From NCBI GenBank assembly GCA_964394435.1, contig CAYMXN010000002.1, forward strand, positions 14,196-78,195: DNA of 64,000 bases, given 5' to 3'. Below are positions 50,462 through 60,203 of this stretch, piece after piece (the stretch's first letter is position 1; every line of letters starts with the position of its first letter). Position numbers and translations under genes: made by a program. This DNA is from an uncultured Candidatus Saccharibacteria bacterium. Its GTDB lineage: Bacteria > Patescibacteriota > Minisyncoccia > UBA6257 > 1-14-0-10-44-23. The notes under the pieces are model-generated. The model did not search any database and was not told the DNA's origin. It worked only from the letters and a program-made list of their open reading frames with translations.

Positions 50462-51013
50462 TTATTCCAAGATTTCTTTTTCCTTTTTCTTGAGCAAGTT
50501 CTCGATTTCCATATTACCCTTATCGATCAACTCCTGAATCTTTTTGCGTCCGCGGGTTTTTTGATCTTCGGTGATCGCTTTCATCTTTTCAGCAGCATCG
50601 GTTTTTTTATTCGCATCATCGCGAATACCGCGAAGCTGAATCTTTGACTTCTCTGTAGTTGCTTTTAATAACTTAATGAGCTCGTCGCGACGCTCCTGAC
50701 TAAGTGGCGGAAGCGAAACACGGATACTACTCCCTTGGGCAGCGAGAGAAAACCCGCGCTTAGAATCTTCGAGCGCTTTCATTACTTGTTCAGTGCCTGA
50801 TGGGTCCCAGAGTGTGATGACCATTTCGCGTGGTGGGACAACTGAAATTGAGCCAAGCTGCTTAATCTGAAGCTGCTGACCCATGTAGTCGATTTTTACA
50901 TCCTCAACCAACGCCGGAGACGGGCGGTTGGTTCGAATCGCGCCCGCCTCACCTACTAAGGCGGCAAGGGCGGAAGCGATGCGCTGTTCTAACTCTTTAA
51001 TGATTTGGTCCAT
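50462..51013 (-). CDS. frr: Ribosome recycling factor
   Basis: IRTNRP.P, PPLSQERR, IRDDA. Confidence 0.93.
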   Translation of the reverse strand: MDQIIKELEQRIASALAALVGEAGAIRTNRPSPALVEDVKIDYMGQQLQIKQLGSISVVPPREMVITLWDPSGTEQVMKALEDSKRGFSLAAQGSSIRVSLPPLSQERRDELIKLLKATTEKSKIQLRGIRDDANKKTDAAEKMKAITEDQKTRGRKKIQELIDKGNMEIENLLKKKEKEILE

Positions 51014-51017
51014 AATT

Positions 51018-51305
51018 TTATTTTAAGAAATTCTCGATAAGCTTTTCTACTTGTTTTCCATTCGCCCTCTCTAGATCGAAATCCCAATCCTTTGGAACTT
51101 CATATACTGCATTGCAGTATCCGCACTTGAAACACTCCTTTGTATCGCTAGTTGGGAAAAGTGAAATGAAAAACATCTGGAAATACCTCCTACCCCTCAC
51201 CCTAATTAACGGGGCCTCTTTCTTGCAATGTGGACATGTCGCTTTTTGCACCTTTGCATAAGGGACTTCCTCATTTACAAACTTTTCACCAAAGATAGCA
51301 AACAT
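51018..51305 (-). CDS. Zinc-ribbon protein
   Basis: CPHC...FFI.LFP...CGYC. Confidence 0.75.
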   Translation of the reverse strand: MFAIFGEKFVNEEVPYAKVQKATCPHCKKEAPLIRVRGRRYFQMFFISLFPTSDTKECFKCGYCNAVYEVPKDWDFDLERANGKQVEKLIENFLK

Positions 51306-51306
51306 A

Positions 51307-52065
51307 TTAACTGATAAATGGTAAGACTGATTCTAATTGTAATCGTTTATTGGTTGAGTAGTCGCCCATCGCGGTCTGGCGATAGAGCAGTGCTTTGAGC
51401 GCGCGCCAGTTGAGTTCGGGCTTTTTCGCCAGCTCCTCAATTAGTGCGTCGACGAAAGTATCTATCATTTTGTCCCCTTTTTCAAGAATCTCTTTCTCAT
51501 TCGTCGCCAACTCTTTAATCATATCACTGCGCCCTTTTGCGGTTGAGCCAAGAAACTTACGCACGAGCTCATCTGCCTGACTTTCGATTTCAGAGCGATT
51601 TGGACGGGCACCTTTGGCCGCACTGATATACAGTTTTTGAAAGCGTGAAAGGAGCGGAGGAAGTAAGACCCCGAGATCTCGCACCACTAAAATAATCAGC
51701 GCGTGCTTTGGGGGCTCTTCGGCGATTTTCAGCAAAGCGTTTTGCGCTTGCGTAGTCAGGTCACCGGCGGCATGAACGATGAGCGTACGCTTTTGTGAGG
51801 CGACTGGCTGCTTATATAAAAAGGATGAGAACTCGCGCGCTACATCAACGCCCAAGTCTTGCTTTTTGCCGTCGATAACCAACGCATCAAACAAAACTGC
51901 TTGTGATTGCTCCCATTGTTTGGTTTCTAAGTAATTTGCGATTGAGTGTGCGGCAAGAAACGCCTGCGCCATATCCGGACCAAAAAAAATATATCCTTGA
52001 GCGAGGGTTTCTTTTTCGGCGAGCTTTTTAAAATCAGACTCTATTTCTTTAATTGACGCCATCAC
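51307..52065 (-). CDS. holB: DNA polymerase III delta-prime-like subunit
   Basis: YIFFGP, AQNALLK..EEPP, LLP.LLSR. Confidence 0.8.
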   Translation of the reverse strand: MMASIKEIESDFKKLAEKETLAQGYIFFGPDMAQAFLAAHSIANYLETKQWEQSQAVLFDALVIDGKKQDLGVDVAREFSSFLYKQPVASQKRTLIVHAAGDLTTQAQNALLKIAEEPPKHALIILVVRDLGVLLPPLLSRFQKLYISAAKGARPNRSEIESQADELVRKFLGSTAKGRSDMIKELATNEKEILEKGDKMIDTFVDALIEELAKKPELNWRALKALLYRQTAMGDYSTNKRLQLESVLPFIS

Positions 52066-52072
52066 CCTTATC

Positions 52073-52687
52073 CTACCTCTTCTTACTGATTATTTGTATC
52101 CAGTTCGTTTTGCCAGTCTTTTCAATCTGTTTGTGCACTACCTGAAGTCCCACCTGCTTGAAATATCCCTCGAGCTCCGGGATAGTGTAATAGCTGAAGA
52201 AGATCTCCTGCGGCTGGTCATAGTCGGTATCGATCTTCACCTCTTCATCAGGTTGCCCCTCCCACACCTCTTTGACGGCGACATAGAACAATCCACCTGG
52301 TTTCAACTTACTATTAAGCGCTTTCATCGTTGCGAGAATATCTTTCTTGGCGACGTGTAAAAGTGAAGCCTGCGCAAAAATAGCATCAAACTCTTTCGTT
52401 AGTTTTCCTGTCTCTTCGAGACTCAGCACCTGATACTCCCCCGCCGGTGCGGTCTTTTTGGCGATCTCAATGAAAGATTCTGCGATGTCAGTCCCATACA
52501 CCTTCATCCCTCGGTCAATTAAGTATTTCGACTTCATGCCGCCGCCACAGCCAGCGTCTAGAACAAGTGAGCCCGACTTGAGCATCGAAATAAACCGGTC
52601 CGTCCCGGCAACCCACCAGGTATCAGAAGAGTGAGTAGCGTGCCAATCTGCAGCTATTTTGTTATAGGTTTCTTTTAATGAAGCCAT
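52073..52687 (-). CDS. Class I SAM-dependent methyltransferase
   Basis: VLDAGCGGG, FDAI, SLLH, LKPGG. Confidence 0.9.
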   Translation of the reverse strand: MASLKETYNKIAADWHATHSSDTWWVAGTDRFISMLKSGSLVLDAGCGGGMKSKYLIDRGMKVYGTDIAESFIEIAKKTAPAGEYQVLSLEETGKLTKEFDAIFAQASLLHVAKKDILATMKALNSKLKPGGLFYVAVKEVWEGQPDEEVKIDTDYDQPQEIFFSYYTIPELEGYFKQVGLQVVHKQIEKTGKTNWIQIISKKR

Positions 52688-52911
52688 TATGCTCGGCCTC
52701 GAATAATTAATTCTACTTGTCTAAGAAATTTATCGAGGTTTTTCTGATCTTTCTCCCGAATGATTCTTTCTCGCTCTGCATTAAATTGAGCGACAAGAGC
52801 GTCTATTCTTTTGACGTTCTCTGCATTACTTAACTCTACTATCTTCTTTACTTCACTTCCCCACCCCTTCTCTCGAAAATATTCCTCATAGGATCGGACA
52901 GGCTTTTCCAT
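52687..52911 (-). CDS. Hypothetical protein
   Basis: 74-aa charged ORF overlapping the next start codon. Confidence 0.6.
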   Translation of the reverse strand: MEKPVRSYEEYFREKGWGSEVKKIVELSNAENVKRIDALVAQFNAERERIIREKDQKNLDKFLRQVELIIRGRA

Positions 52912-52914
52912 ATT

Positions 52915-53922
52915 TTACCTCTTATTTAAGAGTGTACGCTTGTATACGTCGAGGTGGCCCAAGATAAGGCCGGTGCCTTTAGCAACGCAGAACAGTGGCT
53001 CGTCGGCGATATAGGTCGCGACGCCAGTAATACGCTTAAAGAACTCATCAATATTGCGGAGATTCGCACCACCGCCGGAAACGATAATACCCTTTTCCAT
53101 AATGTCAGCAACGAGCTCCGGAGGCGTGTTGTTAAAGACACTCTGTACCCCACCGGCGATATCCATCAAATGTGGGTTAAGTGCCTCGGCGATTTCGTTG
53201 GAGGTAAGCGTGATGTCTTTTGGAAGTCCGCTGGCGATATCGCGTCCGCGAACTTTAGTTGAAAGTTTTTCTTTGGTCGGAAGTGCGGAACCGATTTCAA
53301 TCTTTACCGCTTCGGCAGTTTGCTCACCGATAAAGACGCCATATTTCTTTTTCACATAATCCATAATCGCCTGGTCAAACTTGTTACCGGCGACGCGCAG
53401 CGACGACCAGCTCACGATGCTCCCCAGGGATACCACCGCGACTTCAGCCGTTCCACCTCCGATATTAATGATCATATTACCCGAGTGTGAGTTGATAGGA
53501 ATATCAGCGCCGAGCGCGGCGAGAATTGGTTCTTTGACGATATAGACTTCTTTCGCTCCGGCTTCACGCGTTGCGTTAGTTACCGCACGACGCTCGGTCT
53601 GCGTAATACCTGCAGGAACAGAGATAACAACGTCTGGGCGGAAGACGTTAAATGAACCGGTAGCTTTGGCGATAAAATACTTGAGCATCGCCTTAGTAAT
53701 ATAGTAGTCGGCGATCACTCCATCTTTGAGAGGCTTGTACGCGGTAATATCTTGCGGAGTGCGGCCGATCATATTCTTTGCTTCTTGGCCGACGGCGAGT
53801 ACTTGGTTATCCGGAGAACCCAACGCGACAATAGTCGGCTCATTCACAATAAACCCTCTTCCTGGAACGAAGACGATGGTGTTTGCGGTACCTAAGTCTA
53901 TGCCGATTTTGCGTACAAACAT
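52915..53922 (-). CDS. mreB: Second MreB/Mbl-family actin homolog
   Basis: GIDLGTAN, PLKDGVIAD, NIGGGTAE, PPEL. Confidence 0.93.
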   Translation of the reverse strand: MFVRKIGIDLGTANTIVFVPGRGFIVNEPTIVALGSPDNQVLAVGQEAKNMIGRTPQDITAYKPLKDGVIADYYITKAMLKYFIAKATGSFNVFRPDVVISVPAGITQTERRAVTNATREAGAKEVYIVKEPILAALGADIPINSHSGNMIINIGGGTAEVAVVSLGSIVSWSSLRVAGNKFDQAIMDYVKKKYGVFIGEQTAEAVKIEIGSALPTKEKLSTKVRGRDIASGLPKDITLTSNEIAEALNPHLMDIAGGVQSVFNNTPPELVADIMEKGIIVSGGGANLRNIDEFFKRITGVATYIADEPLFCVAKGTGLILGHLDVYKRTLLNKR

Positions 53923-53986
53923 GTGCAGGTATCCTAGCAGATAGGCATTAAGAATTCAATAATATTTAAAAATAAACGGGGCGCGA

Positions 53987-54577
53987 CTAACTAGTCACGC
54001 CCCGAGAACGATCCGCCATTAACCCCACCGCTGCATGCAACATCAGGCAATTGACCGGATAGACGAAATCCTGCCATTGCCCTCGCCATCGCATAACAAT
54101 GACAACGATACTGAGAACATACGCCACACTCCAAATGAACCACGGAAGAGGCTTTTCACTTGTTCGGTCGAGCCTTATGCTCCGCAGGGTTGGCGCAAAC
54201 GAGATAGCGATCGAACCCTGAAGGATTAGGTTCGCGTACGTAGCAGAGTTGTATTGCCACCACGCAAAGCCGGCAATGATGCCAACTCCGAGTGCCGCCC
54301 CATCCCAAGGATCGATTTTTGAAAGCTTCCCTTTCGCGAGAGCAAAGATAAAGGTGAAAAGGCAGGCAGTCGAACTCGCCAATGGAAGAATGCTCTTCAC
54401 CCAATCGCCGCTCATCGCGCGGTAACTTCCGAGATTCAGAAACGTAAGAAACACCCACAGTGTCCAAGTCGCCGTATTAGGACGAGAAACGCCCTTGAGC
54501 ATCTGTCTATTGTAAAGAACAAACGCTACCACATGCATCACCCCAGCAATCACGCCAAGAAAAAGATCGGTAGACAT
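53987..54577 (-). CDS. Multi-TM membrane protein (PQ-loop-like repeats)
   Basis: Six hydrophobic helices; TTGCAA-16-TATAAT upstream. Confidence 0.65.
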   Translation of the reverse strand: MSTDLFLGVIAGVMHVVAFVLYNRQMLKGVSRPNTATWTLWVFLTFLNLGSYRAMSGDWVKSILPLASSTACLFTFIFALAKGKLSKIDPWDGAALGVGIIAGFAWWQYNSATYANLILQGSIAISFAPTLRSIRLDRTSEKPLPWFIWSVAYVLSIVVIVMRWRGQWQDFVYPVNCLMLHAAVGLMADRSRGVTS

Positions 54578-54753
54578 GATTACCTTTCTCCCAGTGAAAT
54601 ACTGAGGCTTGGAGAAAAATGTCAGTAAATATTATACAATACTTCTCAATTTTTGCAATTCCTAACTAAGAATTCAACCAGATGCGTTTTAAAATAATAA
54701 CGCCCCGAACCTCTTGCGAAGGCGCGGGGCAGGAACGAGGCGAGACGCGAAGA

Positions 54754-55104
54754 CTAGGGCCGCTGACCAACCAGCTGGGCCACCAACCTCTTCGTCTTCG
54801 GATCGCCGCGGCACTCGAAGCTCCACGTCGGCTCGCCGTGACGAATGAGATTGTTCGGAGGAAGCTGGATCTGGATGGATCCTTCCAAGCCCTGAACGAT
54901 CGCATTCGCAGAAACGTGGACGTCCGGGTAGATGAGGATGCTGAGAACCACGCGCCTCTCCGAGGCATCATGACCCTCCATCTCGAAGTTCATCTGCATG
55001 AACATCGAACTGAGCTCGAGTTCACGCCCTGGGATGAGGGGCAGGCACGCGCGGACCATCTCGAGCGCGAACACAACACTTCTGCTGAGTTGGATCTTGG
55101 ACAC
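54754..55104 (-). CDS. GC-rich orphan protein
   Basis: GTG after AGGAG; consensus promoter upstream; hairpin terminator ~54690-54730. Confidence 0.65.
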   Translation of the reverse strand: MSKIQLSRSVVFALEMVRACLPLIPGRELELSSMFMQMNFEMEGHDASERRVVLSILIYPDVHVSANAIVQGLEGSIQIQLPPNNLIRHGEPTWSFECRGDPKTKRLVAQLVGQRP

Positions 55105-55172
55105 GAGAAACTCCTGTCAAAGGAGGCGCATGGGCGAGCTGCCCACACGAATGCCGTCAAAGCATTAGATAT

Positions 55173-55201
55173 ATTATACTCTTAATTATGATAAGTGTCA
55201 A
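55173..55201 (-). promoter_or_regulatory. Perfect consensus sigma70 promoter
   Basis: TTGACA-cttatcataattaagag(17)-TATAAT upstream of orphan 54754..55104. Confidence 0.85.
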
Positions 55202-55256
55202 TAGTAAATAGCCCTTGTTTCAAGGTTTTTGTAGCTTCCTAGTACTAAATAAGCTA

Positions 55257-56561
55257 CTAGTCTACCCTCTGAATATCCGCACCGAGACTGCGAAGGCGTT
55301 CATCAAGATACTGATAGCCACGGTCGATTTCTTCAACACCGGTAATGGTCGACGGACCTTCGGCGATAAGTGCGGCGATGACATTTACCATACCGCTGCG
55401 TAAGTCCTTAACGGTTGTGTCGGCGGCTTTCAGTTTGGTCGGACCACTGATAATCGCGCTGTGTGGAAAGTTTTGTCCGTTGAATCGGCAAGTTAGCTCA
55501 CCCATACATTTAGAGAGCACTTTGATATCCGCGCCCATGCTATTTAAATCTTTCGTGTAGCTAAAACGGTCTTCGTAAATTGTTTCGTGAATAACCGAGA
55601 GGCCAGCGGCTTGAGTAAGCACAACTGAAAATGGCTGCTGCCAGTCAGTCATAAATCCCGGGTGAGTGTCGGTTTCGATTTCGATACCCTTGAAGTGTTT
55701 TAGATTTTTCGGTCGATAAAAAACGATACCATCTTCGCGCACCTCGTACTCCCCTCCGATACGGCGTACCGCGTTTAAAAAGGTGATGAGGTCGTGCTGG
55801 CGCGCGTCTTTAACCAGCACCGGCCCACCACAGGCGAGACCGAGACAGGCGAAACTTACCGCTTCGTTGCGGTCCGGGATAATCTTGTGCTTTACGCCAT
55901 GTAGGCGCTCAACACCCTCAACGCTAATAACACGATTAGCTCCGCGCTCGATAATCGCGCCCATATTTTGGAGCATCTTAATCAAGTCAACGATTTCCGG
56001 CTCAACGGCGCAGTTGTTAATCACCGTGCGCCCTTTCGCGAGTACGGCGGCGAGAATCGTATTTTCGGTAGCGCCGACGCTCGGAAACTTTAAATCGATA
56101 CGCGTACCTTTGAGGCCGTTTTTCGCAATCGCATAATAACTGTTTTCACGCACTTCGATTTGCGCACCCATCGCGGTTAACGCAGCGAGGTGTAAATCAA
56201 CCGGACGTGGGCCGATCTTGTCCCCGCCTAAAAACGGTACTTCGGCTTCGCCAACGCGTGCGAGCAAAGGACCGAGCGCGAGAATTGGAATACGATTACG
56301 ACGAGAGAGTGAAACTACGCGATGATTTTTTATTTTCGGCGTGCTAATGGTGACCACCGACCCGTCACGCTTCACATTGCTACCAATCGCCTCGCAAAGC
56401 TCGGTAACAATTTCCGTCTCACCAATATTTGGAGCGTTTTCGATTACACACTCGTCTTCAGTTAAGAGCGTAGCGATCATCGCCTTACTGATACTGTTTT
56501 TCGCGCCAGCTAAGGTGATTTCTCCGGTTAGATTTTTTCCACCGTTAATAACGAATCTCAT
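55257..56561 (-). CDS. murA: UDP-N-acetylglucosamine 1-carboxyvinyltransferase (Asp-type loop)
   Basis: GAKN, GGDKIGPRPVDLH, SVGATEN, HPGF.TD.Q, DLR, IDRGY. Confidence 0.96.
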   Translation of the reverse strand: MRFVINGGKNLTGEITLAGAKNSISKAMIATLLTEDECVIENAPNIGETEIVTELCEAIGSNVKRDGSVVTISTPKIKNHRVVSLSRRNRIPILALGPLLARVGEAEVPFLGGDKIGPRPVDLHLAALTAMGAQIEVRENSYYAIAKNGLKGTRIDLKFPSVGATENTILAAVLAKGRTVINNCAVEPEIVDLIKMLQNMGAIIERGANRVISVEGVERLHGVKHKIIPDRNEAVSFACLGLACGGPVLVKDARQHDLITFLNAVRRIGGEYEVREDGIVFYRPKNLKHFKGIEIETDTHPGFMTDWQQPFSVVLTQAAGLSVIHETIYEDRFSYTKDLNSMGADIKVLSKCMGELTCRFNGQNFPHSAIISGPTKLKAADTTVKDLRSGMVNVIAALIAEGPSTITGVEEIDRGYQYLDERLRSLGADIQRVD

Positions 56562-56622
56562 ATAGCTCTATAGTACTTTACTCCTATGTACTAAGTACAT
56601 AGCCTGGTGGTATTCTATATAT

Positions 56623-56976
56623 ATGATTTCACGTATTATCCGCTCGCTGATCGCTAATGGTATCGCGTTTGCGCTCGCCGCCTACTTTTTACCGGGATTT
56701 GTTCTTTCGGGAGATATTGTCTCCATAGCAGCGCTTGTCCTTGTCTTTACCGCGATTAACGCGTTTATCTATCCAATTATCAAGCTTGTCTTGAGTCCGA
56801 TCATCTTTTTCACTCTCGGACTCTTTACGATTGTCATTCACGCAGGAATCCTCTATATCATTGACATTTACTCTACAAACATTAGTATAAGTGGACCAAT
56901 TACCCTGCTCTACGCGACCCTGATTATTACCGCAGTTAACATCCTGTTCGGCGTAGGCAGTAAACTATCTAAGTAA
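56623..56976 (+). CDS. YvlD/4-TM phage-holin-family membrane protein
   Basis: IN.FI.P.IK, TLGLF motif. Confidence 0.8.
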   Translation: MISRIIRSLIANGIAFALAAYFLPGFVLSGDIVSIAALVLVFTAINAFIYPIIKLVLSPIIFFTLGLFTIVIHAGILYIIDIYSTNISISGPITLLYATLIITAVNILFGVGSKLSK

Positions 56977-56980
56977 TCAT

Positions 56981-57205
56981 ATGCAAACAATCATCTCAAT
57001 CGCTCAAATCGTCGTTTCGGTTCTTTTAATGATCTTGATCCTTCTTCAGGAGCGTGACAGCGATATGTCTGGATTTTTAAGCGGCGGTAGCGCCGGTGGT
57101 GGTTTCTATCAACAGCGCCGCGGCCTCGAGAAAGTCATGTTCTATGCTACGATTATTTTAGTGTTCGTATTCGCAGGTTTGGCGCTTGCCAGCCTTTTCG
57201 TCTAG
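56981..57205 (+). CDS. secG: Preprotein translocase SecG
   Basis: ILLQ..., Gly-rich loop, RRGLEK, two TMs. Confidence 0.9.
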   Translation: MQTIISIAQIVVSVLLMILILLQERDSDMSGFLSGGSAGGGFYQQRRGLEKVMFYATIILVFVFAGLALASLFV

Positions 57206-57286
57206 ACCCTCCTCTCGTCGGAATCGATTTTTGTTTTGAATTAGCTCTCGTATCATTAGGAGCTTACTCTTTTATATCTCGACTTC

Positions 57287-58945
57287 ATGTTTTCCGATAT
57301 TGTCAGTCTTCTCAAATCCCTAACCCGACGCGAACGACTAGTCTTTTTTGGCTCGGTCCTCATTTTTTTCGTCGCTCTTATCTTTACACTCATTGCTGTT
57401 TTTTATCGCAATACGGTACTCGAACCAGCCCAGGGTGGTGAGTATCGCGAAGGACTTGTTGGTCAGCCGGTAGTCATCAACCCGATTCTTGCGGGCAATA
57501 ACGATGTCGACCGGGACTTATCAGAAATTTTATTTTCAGACCTCATTACGCTTGCCGACCGCTTTGCGACGAGCACTGACGGAAAAACATTTACGATTAC
57601 ACTCAAGCCAGATCTTCGCTGGAGTGATGATGAGCCGCTCACCTCTGACGATGTTATTTTTACGCTTGAGATGATTCAAAATCTCGACACCAACTCCCCG
57701 CTTCTTACCAACTGGCAGGGTGTAATTGCGGAGCGTTTGAGTGAGCGCGAAATTCGCTTTACCATTCGCACCCCATACGCGTTTTTCATCGACAACTTGC
57801 GCATGCTCCGCCCGATTCCAAAACATATCTTTGAAAGTGTTCCACCGGCCAATCTCCGTCTCTCAACATACAACCTTGAGCCGATTGGCAGCGGGCCGTA
57901 CCAATTTAGCCGATACGAAAAACAAAAGACCGGATTCCTCTCTTCTTACGTCCTCGAACTTAATCACAACTTCGCAGGCACGAAGCCACACATTCAGACT
58001 ATTCGGCTCGTCTTCTACCAAACCTACAAGGATGCGCTAACCGCGTTTAATACGAAAGAGATTGATGGCTTGGGCGGACTCGACCCTGCGCAACTCCCCG
58101 ATTTACGTGTTGTACATCAGATTTTTGAACTCAATATTCCTCGCTACTACGCGATCTTCTTTAACCAGACCGTTCAGCCGCTCCTTAAAGAGCTCGCAGT
58201 ACGCCAAGCCCTTGAGCTCGCAACTGACAAAGAAGAGATTATTAAAGCGGTGTTTGATAATCACGCACTCATTGTTAACGGCCCACTCCTTCCTTATATC
58301 GAAGGATATGATGCGGCCAGGTATGCGAGCGATACGCTCTCGCTTGAGCTCGCCTCTTCAACACTCAACAAGGCTGGGTGGAAGCTCGGTGACGACGGAA
58401 TACGCGCCAAGACGGTCAATAAAACTGTCCAGAGACTTTCGTTTGAAATCGTAGTTCCGCAAATTCCTTTCCTAGTTAACACCGCCAACCTACTCAAGGC
58501 GCAATGGGGAAAAGTTGGTATCGAACTCACGCCTATCGTGCTTACCCCGCAAGAAGTTGCCAATAATGCGATCAAGACTCGTAGTTATCAGATGCTTCTT
58601 TTTGGAAACATTCTTCGTGGCAATCCAGACATCTTCTCCTTCTGGCACAGCAGTCAGCGCTTCTCGCCAGGACTTAACTTATCGCTCTATGAAAATAAAT
58701 CGGTAGACGCCCTCCTCGAGTCACTTCGCAAAGACAGCAAAAAGGAGTCTCGCCAACAGAGCCTCGCTAAGATTCAAAAATCAATCGCAGACGATCGCCC
58801 AGCTATCTTCTTGTACTCGCCAACCTATCTGTATGCCGGCCCGAAAGACTTAGGTGGATTTGGTGCGCCATTTATCACCTCGCCCGCAGAACGTCTCCGC
58901 ACTATCGAGTCCTGGTATCTCGAAACGACTCGCGTCTTTAAATAA
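57287..58945 (+). CDS. ABC transporter substrate-binding protein family 5 (peptide/nickel)
   Basis: GGEY.EG.VG.P..INP, WSD.EP.T.DDV.FT, PIGSGPY, VRQAL. Confidence 0.9.
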   Translation: MFSDIVSLLKSLTRRERLVFFGSVLIFFVALIFTLIAVFYRNTVLEPAQGGEYREGLVGQPVVINPILAGNNDVDRDLSEILFSDLITLADRFATSTDGKTFTITLKPDLRWSDDEPLTSDDVIFTLEMIQNLDTNSPLLTNWQGVIAERLSEREIRFTIRTPYAFFIDNLRMLRPIPKHIFESVPPANLRLSTYNLEPIGSGPYQFSRYEKQKTGFLSSYVLELNHNFAGTKPHIQTIRLVFYQTYKDALTAFNTKEIDGLGGLDPAQLPDLRVVHQIFELNIPRYYAIFFNQTVQPLLKELAVRQALELATDKEEIIKAVFDNHALIVNGPLLPYIEGYDAARYASDTLSLELASSTLNKAGWKLGDDGIRAKTVNKTVQRLSFEIVVPQIPFLVNTANLLKAQWGKVGIELTPIVLTPQEVANNAIKTRSYQMLLFGNILRGNPDIFSFWHSSQRFSPGLNLSLYENKSVDALLESLRKDSKKESRQQSLAKIQKSIADDRPAIFLYSPTYLYAGPKDLGGFGAPFITSPAERLRTIESWYLETTRVFK

Positions 58946-58948
58946 TCC

Positions 58949-59932
58949 ATGAACTCACTCGATCGCTTTGAAAAGCACATTTTCACCCTTGGCGAGCAGT
59001 TTTCGCCGAGTGCGGTTATCGTTGAAGACGTAAAGCAGCTTAAAGGCGCAAAGCCTGATGTAGTGGTGCTTTGTGGCATGGGCGGCTCGGGGATTCCGGC
59101 CGCGGTCTTGCAAAATATCGCAGAGTATGCTAATATAACTATACCGTTAGTTTCTTGGCATGATTTCGGCTTGCCTGCCCTTTCCTCCTATAGGCGGCCA
59201 CTCTTCATTTTTGTTTCCTTTTCCGGAGACACCGAAGAGACACTTTCCAGCTTTGAATTGGCACACAAAGCAAAGCTACGAGCGGTTGTCACTAGTGGTG
59301 GCAAGCTACTGGATCACGCACGCACCGAAGGGATAGCGCGTGCGATCGTTCCGGTTGCGCCAGGTATTTTAGCTCGGCAAACGAGTGGTGCTCTTCTTTA
59401 TGGAGTCCTATCGATACTGCAAGCCGTACTAACTACCACTGCCCTCCCTGATCTTTCAAACTCACTCCGCCCAGAGCTTTTTCGCACTATCGGCAAAGAT
59501 ATCGCCCGCGAACTGCTCTATAAAACGGTTTTAATCTACACCCCTACGCGCGAAAGCCATATCGGGCAGCTGATTAAAATCCAGCTGAATGAGTCGGCAA
59601 AAACACCGGCCTTTGCAAACACGTATCCACATATAAATCATTTTGAGATATCGGGGTTTGATCGAAAGCCGCAACACTTTGTCGCGCTACTCCCTGCGAG
59701 TCAGCATCAAAACGCGATTACTAAGAAGCTCTTAAAAATCGTGCGCGAAACACTTGAAAATGATGGGGTCAAAACAATAACCGTGAGCATCCCTGGGGAG
59801 AGCTCACTGGAAATTGTCGCTAACTCGTTTATACTGGCAAATTGGATTGGCCTTGAGCTTGCGAGACTGCTTAACCTCGACCCTTCGCAAAATGAGACGG
59901 TCGCTAAAATTAAGCGGAAGCTGCGAAGCTAG
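58949..59932 (+). CDS. Bifunctional phosphoglucose/phosphomannose isomerase (SIS domain)
   Basis: GMGGSG, SFSGDTEETL, TSGG.L, NE.AK, NH.E. Confidence 0.85.
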   Translation: MNSLDRFEKHIFTLGEQFSPSAVIVEDVKQLKGAKPDVVVLCGMGGSGIPAAVLQNIAEYANITIPLVSWHDFGLPALSSYRRPLFIFVSFSGDTEETLSSFELAHKAKLRAVVTSGGKLLDHARTEGIARAIVPVAPGILARQTSGALLYGVLSILQAVLTTTALPDLSNSLRPELFRTIGKDIARELLYKTVLIYTPTRESHIGQLIKIQLNESAKTPAFANTYPHINHFEISGFDRKPQHFVALLPASQHQNAITKKLLKIVRETLENDGVKTITVSIPGESSLEIVANSFILANWIGLELARLLNLDPSQNETVAKIKRKLRS

Positions 59933-59954
59933 AGACTGATCAGGGTTTAAACGG

Positions 59955-60035
59955 GGGGATGTGGCGAAATGGCAGACGCGCACGTTTCAGGTACGTGTGA
60001 GGCAACTCATGTGGGTTCAAGTCCCACCATCCCCA
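59955..60035 (+). tRNA. tRNA-Leu (CAG)
   Basis: ggggatg/catcccc acceptor, cacgt-ttCAGgt-acgtg, long variable arm, ggttcaagtcc. Confidence 0.95.
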
Positions 60036-60056
60036 CCCTTCGGTGCGCTCAGGGCG
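60036..60056 (+). repeat. REP-like hairpin abutting the tRNA-Leu 3' end
   Basis: cccttcggtgcgctcagggcg. Confidence 0.55.
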
Positions 60057-60203
60057 TGCCAGAAATAGCAAAAAGTTTATAGTTGTGAGTTGAGGTTTGT
60101 CCCTCATCTGACCACTGTAAGCTTACAGCTATAAGCTACGTTATCTTGTCGGAGATATACGAACTACAAAAATTATAATTTATTATTAACATTAAAATTA
60201 TTT

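Noticed and set aside
12588-54740. Long hairpins after orphan genes as integron attC sites
   Set aside because: No consistent RYYYAAC...GTTRRRY ends, cassettes are dispersed rather than arrayed, and there is no integrase; the T-tracts indicate terminators
56623-56976. Prophage suggested by holin-family gene
   Set aside because: YvlD-type membrane proteins are common chromosomal genes, and no phage structural or lysis genes are nearby
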